Of a stretch of DNA of 64,000 bases, positions 13,325 through 25,999 are shown piece after piece. Numbering within the stretch: position 1 is the first letter of the stretch; each line of letters opens with the position of its first letter. The position numbers and the translations under genes were made by a program. The DNA is from Octopus sinensis (taxonomy: Eukaryota). The notes under the pieces are model-generated. The model was not told where the DNA came from and ran no database searches. It was given only the letters and a program-made list of their open reading frames with translations. The DNA is taken from contig NC_043003.1 in the NCBI RefSeq assembly GCF_006345805.1, positions 44,454,001 through 44,518,000 on the forward strand. The letters are read 5' to 3'.

Positions 13325-14005
13325 TAATAATATAATAAATACTGCAATTTTTGTTGTTCATCAACGTTTGAAGATTTCCTTGATCTCTCACTCCGTCCCT
13401 CTCTGTCTCTCTCTGTCTCTCTCCCTCTGTCTCTCTCTCTCTCTCTTACTCTCTCTCTTTAACATGACTATATGGCTGTATTTTCTAGTAATGGAAACGT
13501 AAGCAGGAATATAAAAGCTAGCTAAAATCATGTATTTATGTCTTTTACACGTAGAATAACAATTTAACTACCATTTCCTCAACAACTTAACTACTGTAGC
13601 GGTCTCTGATATCCTCACTGTTTGAGAGACCAATCAACATTTTAAATTTCTAATGGGTTTTACTTATATCTTCAATGTTGAAAGCGTACTTGCATTTCAG
13701 CATTCCGGAAATCCTGATAAGGATTGTTGTAAAGTTTGACAAAATACCGATAGTGATAGTAATGGGGAAATGAGATAGGTAGAAGTTGTGGCGAGCATGG
13801 TAATAATAATTATTGTAATTACAATAATAATGTTATTGATATAAAATACTAAGTGAAATGAGTTAGACCATGTAGTGATGGTGAGAATTGGCAACGTGGA
13901 GAATCCTCCAGTGATGGTGAGTGTATGTTGCAATTTGATTTAAACTAAACATGCTCAATATCAGGTCGACAGTTACTAGAACGGCAAACAAAACAAGCGG
14001 GCGAT

Positions 14006-14180
14006 CCTTCGGTATAAGTAACGTAAGTACCGGAAGTGGCTTTGTTTGCATTTCTGAAGATAACAGAAACCCTTTTCTCCCACCCCTAACCCTAACCCTA
14101 AACCTAACCCCCCATATATATATATATATAAAAAGCAGTTTCTTGAAATGTATCCGGTATTTCGGTACTTATACCGAAGT
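14006..14180. mobile_element. Small MITE-like element with ~30 bp imperfect inverted repeats and an internal (CCTAAC)n tract
   Basis: CTTCGGTATAAGTA (14007-14020) is the exact reverse complement of TACTTATACCGAAG (14166-14179), extending imperfectly to ~30 bp. CCTAAC repeats at ~14085-14110. Confidence 0.65.
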
Positions 14181-14399
14181 CACGCAAACAAGCGTGTTTG
14201 TTGGGGAAGGTAGAATTTGAACACTCTGCGCGACGAAAAGCTACAACTGTCAAAGGACGGGCGAACATATCAGCTCTCTATATGAGGCCTTAAACACTGT
14301 AGGTAAGATTATGTGTGAGCTCTCTGAGACTTGGTTGGTCACCCAGCTCGTGAGATTGTCACGATAAAAACAATGCTGATTGCACAAACTTATAAACGC

Positions 14400-16620
14400 A
14401 ACATAAAAATGAATAATGACAAATTCAGATAATAATCATATCTGCGTTAAAGGGACCGTGAATCTTAACAAGGAAGATGTCGATCAAAGCAGGTAAAAAG
14501 TATTGGATCAAGCTCCGGAAGGTCATCATCAAATCATTGATCAGGACTAGGACTGAAGTTAAAATTGCAGATGAAGGAAAACGAAATGGGAAAAAATAGT
14601 GATAAACAAGATTGTAATTGAATTTTGGCTGAGAAAAGTGGCCAATAAAAGAGAATGCGAATGAAATGAATACATGATGAAAAAGGAGTTTTTGAAGCTC
14701 CCTCCGGTTTGCTACATTATGCAAGAGCAGTTCGTACAAATTATTGGATCATAGGAGATTTAGAGTTTGAAGAACATGAAATAACAATAGCAGAAAGAAG
14801 TAGGAGATGAAAAAAACTGTAAGAGAAGGAAATCACTGCGTGCCTGAAAGTGTTGATGGAGTTAACAGTGAAGAGGATCTATGGGGATAAGTGACAGTAA
14901 ATGTTGCACAATACTTGAACGGTGAAGAGATTGAGATTCTAGAAATGCTGCGAGGTAAAAATGTGTGACGTGGATAATGAAATGTCACCGAATTTAAGGG
15001 ATATGGACAGAGTAAAAGTAAGGAGGGCTACAGGGAAACCTAATAACGTTTTTGAGCTTGGTTAAAACATAGAGCTTTAGTGAAATAAAGTAGCTAATCC
15101 TAGCTACTGCTAAAGGCCTAACTGATTTATTTGGATGCATACGGAAGAGTGCTGAAAAAGAAAAAAAAAGGGAAAGGAAAGGAAAGAGACAAACTGGAGG
15201 AAGAGAATACGAAAGAAGTTGGAACAGACACTGAAAGAATTGGGAAATCGAATAGGAGAGAGATATGATAGTAGATATAGAGGCTTAGAATGGAAAAGAT
15301 TGTTTCAATTAAATAGTAGACGTCTTTTAGAGGACATAGAGGAGCAACAACATCAGGGACTGATTCCTCATGCGGAAAAATATAGTATTTTAGAGACAAC
15401 CTTATAAAAGGACAGTGAGACATAAAGAAATTGTAGAGCGGCAATCACAGACAGACATCTTGCAACTATACCAAGACAATCGTCAGAATTGTTCTAAATT
15501 GTGCGAATCCGAAGGTAAAAAACAGATGTCCTGGCCCTGACGGAGCATAAAGCTACAAAGTGAACTTTACACATATTCATGGAAGGATGGCTACACAACC
15601 GTATGAATGTTTGCAGCATGGTTACGTCCGTACCTGGATGACAAGTGGATGAACGTTGTTATGCCTCAAAGACACTTTGAATGATAAATTTGTATCAAAT
15701 TTTCGATGTACAACAGGTTTACCACTTATAACTGTTTTCTTGTTGGAAAAGTTATATAATCATCTGGAAAGTAACGATCTACTTCCCGTAGAACACAAAC
15801 GATGCAAGAAGCAAAATGGGTTAACAGAGGACCACTTATAAGATGTTAAAGGATAACTGGAAATTGTAGAATCGGATTGGCGGGATTGAATGTAACATTA
15901 GTGGATTACAGAAGAATATATGACATGGTACTACATAGCTAGATAAGTAAAACAATGAGCACATTTGGCGTTGCAGAGAGTATGGAGGAAATGGTATATG
16001 AAGCTATTAAAAATAAGAATAATGAATTGATTGGGCAAAAACAAAGTCTTGGGAAAGTGAACATTAGACTAGATATATTTCATGGTGGTAACCTATAATT
16101 ATTGTGGTGTCCATCGTAATACTCAATTTGTTATCATGAGAGGTTAAAATGGTTTAGGATTTGGTAAAAGGATATCGTAAGATAAATCATCTCTTTTCCA
16201 TGGATGATATAAATCTGAAACAAAAATATGGTTTGGGTTGAAAAGGGAGCAATTAAAAAAAAAGAAAGAGAAAGTCTTCATATAACAGGTCAAGATGAAG
16301 CGTCAAAAATGTACTACTTGTGAAAATATGTGCGAGGATAGAAGGTGTAAGCAAAATGTAGAGTGAGTGGGATTTGAGATGAAATAATGGCACACGTTGT
16401 TAGAGAATATCCCAAGTTCAATCACTGAGAATTTAAGAAATGGTGGCATGATCAAGTTGGGAAGTTTCGCAGCAGCAGCTTTGTCATAATAGGGGTGGAT
16501 TTGAAGATGGAAGTAATTCGTATAATCATCATGTGCAAAAAATATTTGTGTCAGAGAAATGCAAGATTATATGGGATTTCTCTATTCAACCAGATAAGAA
16601 GCAAGACAATAATAACCCAG
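14400..16620 (+). mobile_element. Highly degraded R4/Dong-like LINE
   Basis: Broken frames give LEKLYNHLESNDLLPVEHKRCKKQNG, VPGPDGA, RLDIFHGGNL and INHLFSMDDINL, the same family signature as 10167-12170. Boundaries approximate. Confidence 0.7.
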
Positions 16621-16686
16621 GCATGAACTAAGCTAGGTTTGATGCATATTTCCTTTAGTTAATAATAACTATTTCTTTTTTCCATC

Positions 16687-18340
16687 TCATCCTAATCCAC
16701 CTATAACTACAGGCATACGTTTTACTCGTACTTTCCGTTGCTCAATAGCTACGTCGTGGTATTTTGCTGTTTCTTCTATACCTCTCATAAGGAATTTTTC
16801 CTCATTTGGGACGGTAAAGTCAATTATCTGGCAATTTCTTTTTACTTTGTCTACTATTACCAAAACAAGCATTTTGGCTTCTATTACGTTATCAGTTGTT
16901 AGGATCACCATAGTAATGTGTTGAGAGAAATTATTTGTAGTTTGAATAACTTCTGGAGATATGGATGTTTGAAACAGTATCCTCAACCCTTATTCAGGGA
17001 TCGTTTGAACAGAATGAGTTCCGCGACTTGAAACAACTTCTCATCGGGACACACCTGCAATTTCATGCGTTATCTACTTTGATATGACGTCAATACATTG
17101 TGTACATACTACTGTGATGTATGTGCCTTGTTTATTCCGATCAGATGTGTGGCCATGACTAACTGGATAACAGAGAATATGGGCAAAAAGCAGGTGGATT
17201 CCCAGTGAAGGTTATTTAAATGAACGGGGGAAAGTATTAATCGTATAGTTAGTGAATGTAGTTTGCAGATACAGTAAGACTACAAGAAAATACATAGCAA
17301 CCTAGGAAGAATTATCCACTGAGTGTTATGTAGTAAGCTAGAGTGTTCTCTCTCGCCTTTTCTAAACCAATCACTAGAAGTTCTAAAGCCATGACTGCAG
17401 AGATTCTGGCTCTTGGAGAGCATCCCTTTCGGGGTAGGGAGTAGGAGACGTTTATTTATAAACATATAGAAAGGATAATATTGAACTAATCGACTTTGTT
17501 TTAAACGAATAGACAATGCTGTTATACGCAAAGGTAAATCCGGAAAATTTGGTGGGGTTTTACTACAGCGCCTGCATAGGCAATTCTTGTCCATCAAAGA
17601 GCATCATTGATCACAAGGCAGGGGGATCGGTTGAATTGCATAGAGATTGTTTTGGTATGGATCACTATTCGGACAGGATGAGAAGCGAATTTACAAGCAC
17701 GTTGTGCAGACTCACTTAGAAGTGGACTGAGACGAATTTAGCATTGACAGGTCGAGCGGAATTTCATCTCTTCCATCTGTTATGAGGTTCATTCTCTGCC
17801 AGTGACCCCTGGAATGTCCATGCCTTGGATGATGATATGCAGACGTTCGCTGGCTCTAATTCATTTGCAGATATTGCAGAACTGTGAGCTGGTTAGGTTT
17901 CCATCTATTTGAAACGTTTTCCCACAGCTCATTGTTTGAGTGAGCTACAGTGAGTAAAGGCCAAGATTTCGCGCCCTACATCTCAAATAACATGAAGCAC
18001 TCCCTGCTCTTTACCAGTGAGACACTAGGTCAGTGGAAGTTCCACTTTAGTAATACAGAGAGAATTAACTGTGCGTAAGAGCAAGAAGTGTTTTGCAAAA
18101 TATCTTGGTATCGATGATGACGAAATTAATTTTCTGTCTGGTAATTCTTTTGTTCCGGGGACGAGTATAGATAACTTACCAAACCCCCTAGTTTGGAATT
18201 GCTATCAATGGACACTAACGATTCTAGGTAGATCCAAGAGAACAGAAGTGACCCCAGGTGGGACCGTACGAAATGCAAGCCCATCCATGCATTCGCGACA
18301 ACAAAGGAACGGAGCATTCAACACAAATGAAAACTGAAGA
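16687..18340 (-). mobile_element. Highly degraded R4/Dong-like LINE, tail-to-tail with the previous copy
   Basis: ORF 16687-16986 gives RLE-like LVIVDKVKRNCQIIDFTVP...KYHDVAIE...PVVIGGLG. Upstream minus frames retain RT-like remnants. Confidence 0.65.
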
Positions 18341-20041
18341 ATCGAAATAAAATATTATTCTTGCTATCTAAATTCAAATATAAATGTTGAAGGATGAACT
18401 ATTCCACAAGTATCAATGTATAAGGCTTACGTTATATATTGAATATGATATCGAAATTTCACACCGATCATAATTGGTAAATATCAGAGTATGTAGCTTA
18501 CATGTGGTCTACTCTCAAAATGTTAAATATGACAGAAATGCCACTTTTTTATAGCCTTCAATATCAATAGTGCTGTTGTAATGACTCCTATCGAGAAAAG
18601 TTACCTTTATATTAGATATCAAGACTGTACCTCACACAAAATAATATTGTAATAGATACATATGGATTATGTAGCAAATACATGGGAAACAATATTAAGG
18701 CATATATATGTAGCAATATTTATCATAAACAATACGATTTCAAGAAGTAGCCTTCAGGTGAAAAATAAATACTCTGTCAAAAGGAAATTTATTATAATTT
18801 AGAGTCTGCTTTGTTTCTCCACAACATCAATTGTATTCTCTTTATATATAAACATACATTAAAATAATAATCTTAAAATAGAATCTAAAATTTCAAGATA
18901 AATTATACACCGAATGTCACATGAAATATCCGATTGTAACAAAATAATTATCATCCAAATGCAACGTAAACAACACAATAGAATTAATCAAATTTAATGT
19001 AAGATCCTTTCAAACTAAGAAAAAAGGTAAATTATTGCTATGAAGGCACACAAAAATACGTTCTCAAAGTATTAGAAATGCTACAGAACCAACGGTACAG
19101 AAAGTGTCAAAGATTTATAGCAAAACAGAATCATATTAAAAAAGAAGTAAAATAAACACGAGCCGAATTACATACAAACCATCAAAATAAACAAAAATGT
19201 AGACATACAACTCCACACCTAAAGCTATTTGAAGATATGACCTAGCATAAACGAGAAGACGGGCAAGGAAACACAGTAGAACATTGATTAAGGCAGATGG
19301 GGCAACCATTAAATTACACACAATTACGCGAATATTCTAAAGAATAAATAAGCGTAATTTATCTCTAAAAAAAAGATAATAACTGAATATTGATTGACTG
19401 AATAATCATCGTTGTAGCAATTCTAATCCATGCTTTATCTGCAAAATGACACCCGTTCTGCCAAGAAACAATGTTCAAAACTACAGCGTAGAAAAGGGAG
19501 ATTTTTCATTCTTTTTTCAATCTACTTTAGTTTGTGAAATTGAAAAGGAAGAAGCACATGATAAAAGTACCTAAAGAAATATATATATTTATTTTAAGTC
19601 TCAATACAATAGAAGCCAAAGAAAATGGTTAAACCTATGATACCAGTAAAAATATGCATTAGAAAACACTCTAGGAAACACACTTTCCGCCCAATGAAAA
19701 AGTTTTTGAATGAAATACGCAAAACCTATACATGTATTTCGTAAAAATTATAATAAATTGCCCCAGGATTTCTTCCAGCAAAGACAGTAAATGAAGCATG
19801 GTGGTAATCTTCAGAGAATAAAATATTTAAACTAACGGAGAAAAAAATATATAGTCACAACCTAACAATGATCTAGCTTAACTAGTGATTAAATACTTAA
19901 TCGAATTACTCAGGAAACCAAGTATCCAAATTTTGACTGAAGTGTCGGAGCCATGCACACCTATATATGGGTGTAAGCTTAAGGTGCATGATGAGGAAAC
20001 AGGATATATCTAATTCTCAGCATCGTCTACAGTAACTCTTA

Positions 20042-21340
20042 TACGAGGGGCGTTCAATAAGTAATGCCCCTGACCCACTTCCCATAGCAGTAGAGCAACC
20101 AAACTTGGCACATTTATTAGGCTTTTTCTACATAGGAACTACCCAGAGTTATGCATTTCTTCCATCGTTTGAAGCAGCTCTGGAGACCGTTTTTGTAGAA
20201 GACCCCAGCTTGGTCCTCCAACCACGACGTGACTTCAGAAATCAAGGCTGCATCATCTGGGGAACGCGATCCTTTCAAAAACAACTATCATGGCTGGGAA
20301 GAGGGGAAAATCAGAGGGTGCAAGGTCAGGAGAGTAGGGGGTGTTGGGGGATGAGTTCATAGCCGCACGCCTGTGCTTCTGATCTGGCGACACGCGAGTT
20401 GTGGACCGGAGCGCTGTCCTGCAGGAGGAGGATGCCTTTGCTGATCTTGCCCTGCCTCTTGATTTTGATAGCTTCTCTTAATTTCCTCAAAAGTGAAGCA
20501 TAATAGGCTCCTGTAATTGTGGTACCCTTTGCCAGGAAATATGTCATCACTACTCCGTCCTGCTCCCAGAAGACTGTGAGCATGAACTTGCCAGCGGAGG
20601 GCTGCACCCTTGCCTTCTTTGGAGGAGGTGAATCACGGAGCTTCCATTGCATTGACTGGGCTTTGGTCTCTGGATCATAGTGATGGACCCAGGTTTCATC
20701 CTGTGTAAACTGTCTTTTGAAAAATTTTGACTCATCTTCTTGGCACATCTCCAAATTCATCCTCGAGCACTCGACGCGTTCTTGCTTCGGGAAAAGTGTG
20801 AGCAACCTGAGAATCCATCTGGCAGACACCTTTTGCATATGCAAATGGTCATGAATTATAGTTTCCACAGACCTGGTACTAATCGTGATCGCACGGGCTA
20901 TTTGGCGAATAGTTATGCGTCGATCTTCCAAAATGGCAGCCTCAACTTGACGGACAGATGCCTCATCAATGGCAGAAGGGAGGCGACCAGATTTATGAGC
21001 TGTTTCCACAGAGTTCCGACCATGTTTGAATTCACGATGCCAGCGTTTTACAAGGTCATATGATGGGACATCATCACCATAAGTTACTTTCATTTCATCA
21101 AACGTCTCCTGTGGTGTGCGTCCTTTCAAATACAAAAACCGGATCACTGCTTGATACTCAACAGGCTCCATTTCACACTTGACTCAGTTCAAACACCTGT
21201 AAATCGGAAACCAGAATTAGTTCATAGCTGTAATTTGCCACGTAATCTATAGAGATATGAATAATTGAACATGCAAATTTTCAGCTAGATCAAACAACAG
21301 CAAGTGGGTCAGAGGCATTACTTATTGAACGCCCCTCGTA
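20042..21340 (-). mobile_element. Near-full-length mariner transposon, 1299 bp including both TA dinucleotides
   Basis: TIRs TACGAGGGGCGTTCAATAAGTAATGCC(C/T)CTGACCCACTT at both ends, with TA at both ends. Confidence 0.97.
20117..21171 (-). pseudogene. Mariner DD34D transposase, frameshifted near HPPYSPDL
   Basis: 281-aa ORF with TQDETWVHHYDPETK and LLQDSAPVH. A +1 shift at ~20345 puts YSPDLAPSDF and the C-terminus in another frame. Confidence 0.93.
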
Positions 21341-21451
21341 TACATAAATTTCCAAACTATTACAAAATGCATTGGGGTTCTACATAGGCAGCTAACATTC
21401 TTTTGTGTATTATCATATCCTACTTTTACATTTAATGTTTTTTTTTTATCT

Positions 21452-21658
21452 CTTTTACTCTATTACATATTTCAGTCATTTGACGGCGGCCATACTGGAG
21501 CACCGCATTTAGTCAAGCAAATCGACCCTAGTACTTATTCTTTGTAAGCCTAAAGCTTATTCTAACGGCCTCTGTTGCCGAACCGCTAAGTTACGGGGAC
21601 GTAAACACACCAGCATCGGGTGTCAAGTGATGTTGGAGGATGGGGTGGCAAACACAAT

Positions 21659-21718
<60 letters not shown>

Positions 21719-21849
21719 GCTTCCGTCTACCAAATCCACTCACAAGGCTATATTAGAAGACACTTGCCCAAGGTGCCACGCAGTGCGTCTGAACTCAGAA
21801 CCATGTGGTTGATAAGCAAGCTACTTACCATACAGCCAATCCTGCGCCT
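21452..21849 (-). mobile_element. tRNA-headed SINE, family A
   Basis: Colinear with the other family A copies; internal (CA)n(TA)n. Confidence 0.9.
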
Positions 21850-21863
21850 TCAAATAAGTAACG

Positions 21864-21968
21864 TTTACAGCACCTAGGATCCCAAGCGGCCACCCTTCTA
21901 AGTACTAACATTGCTCACCTTCGGTGATCGGACGAGAACCGATGTTTTCAAAGTGATATGGCCGTAAA
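21864..21968 (-). pseudogene. 5S rRNA-derived copy with an internal deletion
   Basis: Reverse complement reads TACGGCCATATCACTTTGAAAACATCGGTTCTCGTCCGATCACCGAAGGTGAGCAATGTTAGTACTTAGAAGGGTGGCCGCTTGGGATCCTAGGTGCTGTAAA, matching the 5S consensus but missing a short segment between the A box and AGTACTT. Confidence 0.9.
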
Positions 21969-22244
21969 GATCTGTATGAAATAGTTGCTGAATGCAAGTA
22001 TACCTTCATGTGAAGTTAACGTTTTTTTTAATTTATGATAAATATTGCGTTGTTACTTACCGTTTTAGCCGATTATGTATAGACATGGAAATCGTCCCAC
22101 TTGAATTTCCAGGAGTGTACTTGCGTAACACTTTCTTACGATCCCTCATTAAGTATTTTGAATGCATTTTTCATTACGTGTACATTAATTTGTTACATGA
22201 ATACATATATGTATGTATATATATATATATGTGTGTATATATAT

Positions 22245-22366
<122 letters not shown>

Positions 22367-22382
22367 GTATATATATAAATTC

Positions 22383-22756
22383 TAACTTCGGTAATTTGGT
22401 ACGATCGTTTCATGCTACATCATGTTAGTAAATGTTGTAGGTATTACAGCAATTTTCAAATGTTGAGCAATCATCAGCCATTAATAGAGGTTTTCTATTA
22501 ATATTTAATTTTCATATCAGCTGAATATTCTGAATATTCTTCAGTCAGTTGATAAACTCTACTACCTTAATGTTCTTCAAATTAAAATCGACATCTTTGT
22601 CTATATATCTACCTTCTCTATAATGTTATCAATTGATATGGAAAGTATGTATTAATGGAAAACCTCTATTGCCCAACATTTTTTAATTGTTGTAATGCTT
22701 ACAACATTTAATAAAATGCTGTGGCGCGATACGATCGTACCAAATTACCGAAGTTA
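22383..22756. mobile_element. MITE with long imperfect TIRs and TA at both ends
   Basis: TAACTTCGGTAATTTGGTACGATCGT at 22383 and ACGATCGTACCAAATTACCGAAGTTA ending at 22756. Similarity continues ~120 bp inward (AATAGAGGTTTTCTATTAAT vs ATTAATGGAAAACCTCTATT). Confidence 0.85.
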
Positions 22757-22866
22757 TTCTTGTTGCATGTTTTGAATATATTCACCCCATCGATTTATAT
22801 GGATTACACCATACAAAATTCTGGTGCATCTAGCTTAAATATCATATTCATTTGAATCTAAATTTT

Positions 22867-23018
<152 letters not shown>

Positions 23019-23300
23019 TAATGAATTCAAGAAACAGATTAAAGACAAAAAAATATCAACGGAAGTACGTAGCACAGGAAAAGCATCAAAACGGCTCAGA
23101 GATGGGAAAAGAGTTGTTATTTCACATTTCGAGCATAGCTCTTCTTTTGGAGACAGGAAACACAAGACAGTCTAAAACAAAATGTGGAATGAGGAAAAAA
23201 TTCGCCAACAGACCATGTCTAGTTATATTTTTTGCATGACCGGAAGTAGGACAACGAGAAATTGCTTTCTCGGACAGGAGAGAGTTAGGAATGGTTGGTA

Positions 23301-23537
23301 TAAGGTGGCAAGCGGGCAGAAACGTTAGCACGCCGGGCGAAATGCTTAGCGGTATTTCGTCTGCGTTACGTTGTGAGTTCAAATTCCGCCGAGGTCGACT
23401 TTGCCTTTCATCCTTTCGGGGTCGATAAATTAAGTACCAGTTACGCACTGGGGTCGATGTAATCGACTTAATACATATGTCTGTCCTTGTTTGTCCCCTC
23501 TGTGTTTGGCCCCTTGTGGGTAATGAAGAAATAGGTA
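23301..23537 (+). mobile_element. tRNA-headed SINE, family B
   Basis: A box (GGCAGAAACGTTAG), B box (GAGTTCAAATTCC) and body GAGGTCGACTTTGCCTTTCATCCTTTCGGGGTCGATAAATTAAGTACCAG; near-identical to copies at 54761-55270. Confidence 0.92.
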
Positions 23538-24544
23538 TATATGTGTATGTCTGTGTGCGCATGCGTGTGAGCGTGTTGGTATGTGTGTGTGTGTGGTAGG
23601 ATGTATGTGTATGGTGGTAACTGATTTTAATGCCGTGATGAGAGATCAACAGCTACGTTGACAGGTGTGTATGGGTGGGTATATTAGTGTATGTTTGTTT
23701 TAGCACAGCTTCTTCGATGGAATGGTCAATAGTGAGTTTGGGCAGTCTGAAAGGTGTGTGAATGGGTGGTTGTGGACGTCTGTGTATGTGTGTGTGTGAG
23801 TGTTGGTATGTGTACCTGAAATGAGTGGGAAAGTATGTATGTGCGTGTGCGAGTGTGTATGGGTGTGTCTATCTTAGTGCCTTATTCTGTCGCTCTTCCT
23901 CTCTGTATAAATATGTGCGTAGCTATCTCTGTGTGTCCCTCTGTTGCTCCATATATGTGTGTGTATGTGTGAGCGCGTGCAAATGTGTGCGTGCATGTAT
24001 GTGTGCGTGTTTGTTTTGTGTAGAGGTGTGTGCGTGTGTGCGTATGCTTGTGTGTTGCGTTTGCGCGCATGTGTGAGTGCATGTGTATGCGCGCGCAGAT
24101 ATGTGTGAGGTGTGTGTGGGCTGTCTGTGGTCTGGATGTTGTGTGGTATGGGAGTATAAAATAAAAATATTTAATAAAATTAATAATAATAATAATAATA
24201 ATAAGTACATATGATAAATGAGAAATCATAAATAAATATTGGTAAATTGAAAACAGAAATAACAGAAGTAAATAAATAAATTCTTAAAAATATAAATAAA
24301 AAGAAAGAAAGAACTCAAAGCAAATGAATAAAATAGCAACAGTAATAACATTAAAACATTTTTTTATAAATTGCATTAAACCTATAAGAAATAACCGAAT
24401 AAAAGAATAAATGATAAAATAAGTCGAAATAACCGAATAACAAAAAATCATTTAAAAAATGTGTTTTTATAATGTTGTATATGCAGTTTTTGAGAGGAGG
24501 GGTTGTGTTTAGTCCGAAAGGGTTTTGTTATGTAGTGTAAAAAT

Positions 24545-24850
24545 GTAAATCTATTCTAGGCAGAGTCTCGAGTTGGTGGATCCATTCTGCAGGGTAAGGC
24601 CGATGGTGGTGATACTTGAGGTGAAGTGGATGGCCAAGCGAATATCACGGACTACGCTGGTGTTCGCACGTAGAGAAACATCTCGTAGGTGTTCGCTGAA
24701 CCGCCCGTCTACCCGGTGGCCCGTCTGACCAACGTAGGGGTAGGATGGAGGGGTAGAAAAGGGGTAGAAAAGAAGTTCAAAGGGGATGTGGTTGGTTGGG
24801 GGATTGGATTTGGGAGGGATAGACAGGCGGTAGTGCGATACATTTGACGA
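24545..24850 (-). mobile_element. Penelope-like GIY-YIG endonuclease 3' fragment; CA-rich 3' region probably extends to ~23560
   Basis: Minus frame YVGQTGHRVDGRFSEHLRDV...AIHFTS...LQNGSTNSRLCLE*. Confidence 0.7.
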
Positions 24851-24891
24851 GCCTTCTCCAGTACATACATGTAAATATATATATATGTACC

Positions 24892-24940
<49 letters not shown>

Positions 24941-25004
24941 TATCTATGTCTATGTTTCTCTCTCTCTCTCTCTCTCTCTCTGTATATATATTTATATATA
25001 TATA

Positions 25005-25067
<63 letters not shown>

Positions 25068-25435
25068 GTATTCATATATATGTGTGTATGCCTTTCGGTC
25101 AATGGAGGTGACAGAAGAAATTGGATATATACATACACTAATTAAATTTATGAATACAGTTTATTGTTAACAAATGCATAAATTTTTTAAAAAGATGATG
25201 TCTGAGTTTCCAAGCGTTTTGACGGAATCACTTTAACTTTCGGAGATATTTTTAGCTATTTAATATGTTTACGAATGAAGTTAGAAAACAGTGGATCAAT
25301 AAACAATAATTTGTAGTTATACGCCTTAGGCAAGATTATGCCAACCAGAGAAGAGACAAAGGTAGTTTGTTTCATTACAAATGTGTTTACTTCATTGCAT
25401 TTGTCATTGATTGTGAATTCCGGCATATATATATA

Positions 25436-25466
<31 letters not shown>

Positions 25467-25999
25467 CAGACATAAACTATTCCGAATTTACAGATATAAT
25501 TTCAGATTGAAAAACATATATGTTGCTGTTTTAAAGTACGTGAAAATACAAAGTTATATAAACTTATAATTTATTTTAATCTTAGGTGTACATTAAAATA
25601 AACAAGTTGGAAATGAATTCCTTTATATATTATTTACTCATCATGGACACAAAAAAAAATCATACACAGCCAAACACACGCATACTCATCAATATATGCA
25701 CTACATTATATAATGTATGCACTACATTATATAATTTTGGTCGTAGTTTGAGAAGTATCTTACGTAAGCATCCTTTAGTTATGTCATATTCTAATGTTCC
25801 ATTGCTGTGAAGAACCCGTGTCCAACAAAATATTTCAGTAAATATATAAATATATATACGTATGAAATAGAAAAGAGTGAAAGAACTACAGAAGGCTTGT
25901 TTTATAAGGTTAAATAATATATTCAAGTCGTTATGTTAGAAACATAGTTTTTAGAGAAATCAACTTAGGCTCTACGGTCGCTCCTCTCCCGATCGGAGG

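Noticed and set aside
14050-14075. CTGAAGA...GAAA hammerhead-like spacing
   Set aside because: No real stem II, stem III or stem I.
14085-14110. CCTAAC repeats as a telomere
   Set aside because: Only about four imperfect units inside an inverted-repeat element.
22495-22550. Minus-strand CTGAAGA-stem-GAAA
   Set aside because: No stem I pairing; lies inside an AT-rich MITE.
23301-23400. tRNA gene calls for SINE heads
   Set aside because: A and B boxes run into a repeated SINE body and no full cloverleaf is seen.
25764-25804. 41 nt minus-strand exon candidate (NGTLEYDITKGCL) with a GTAAGA donor
   Set aside because: The donor lies in the palindrome CTTACGTAAG, giving a donor on both strands; too short to support.
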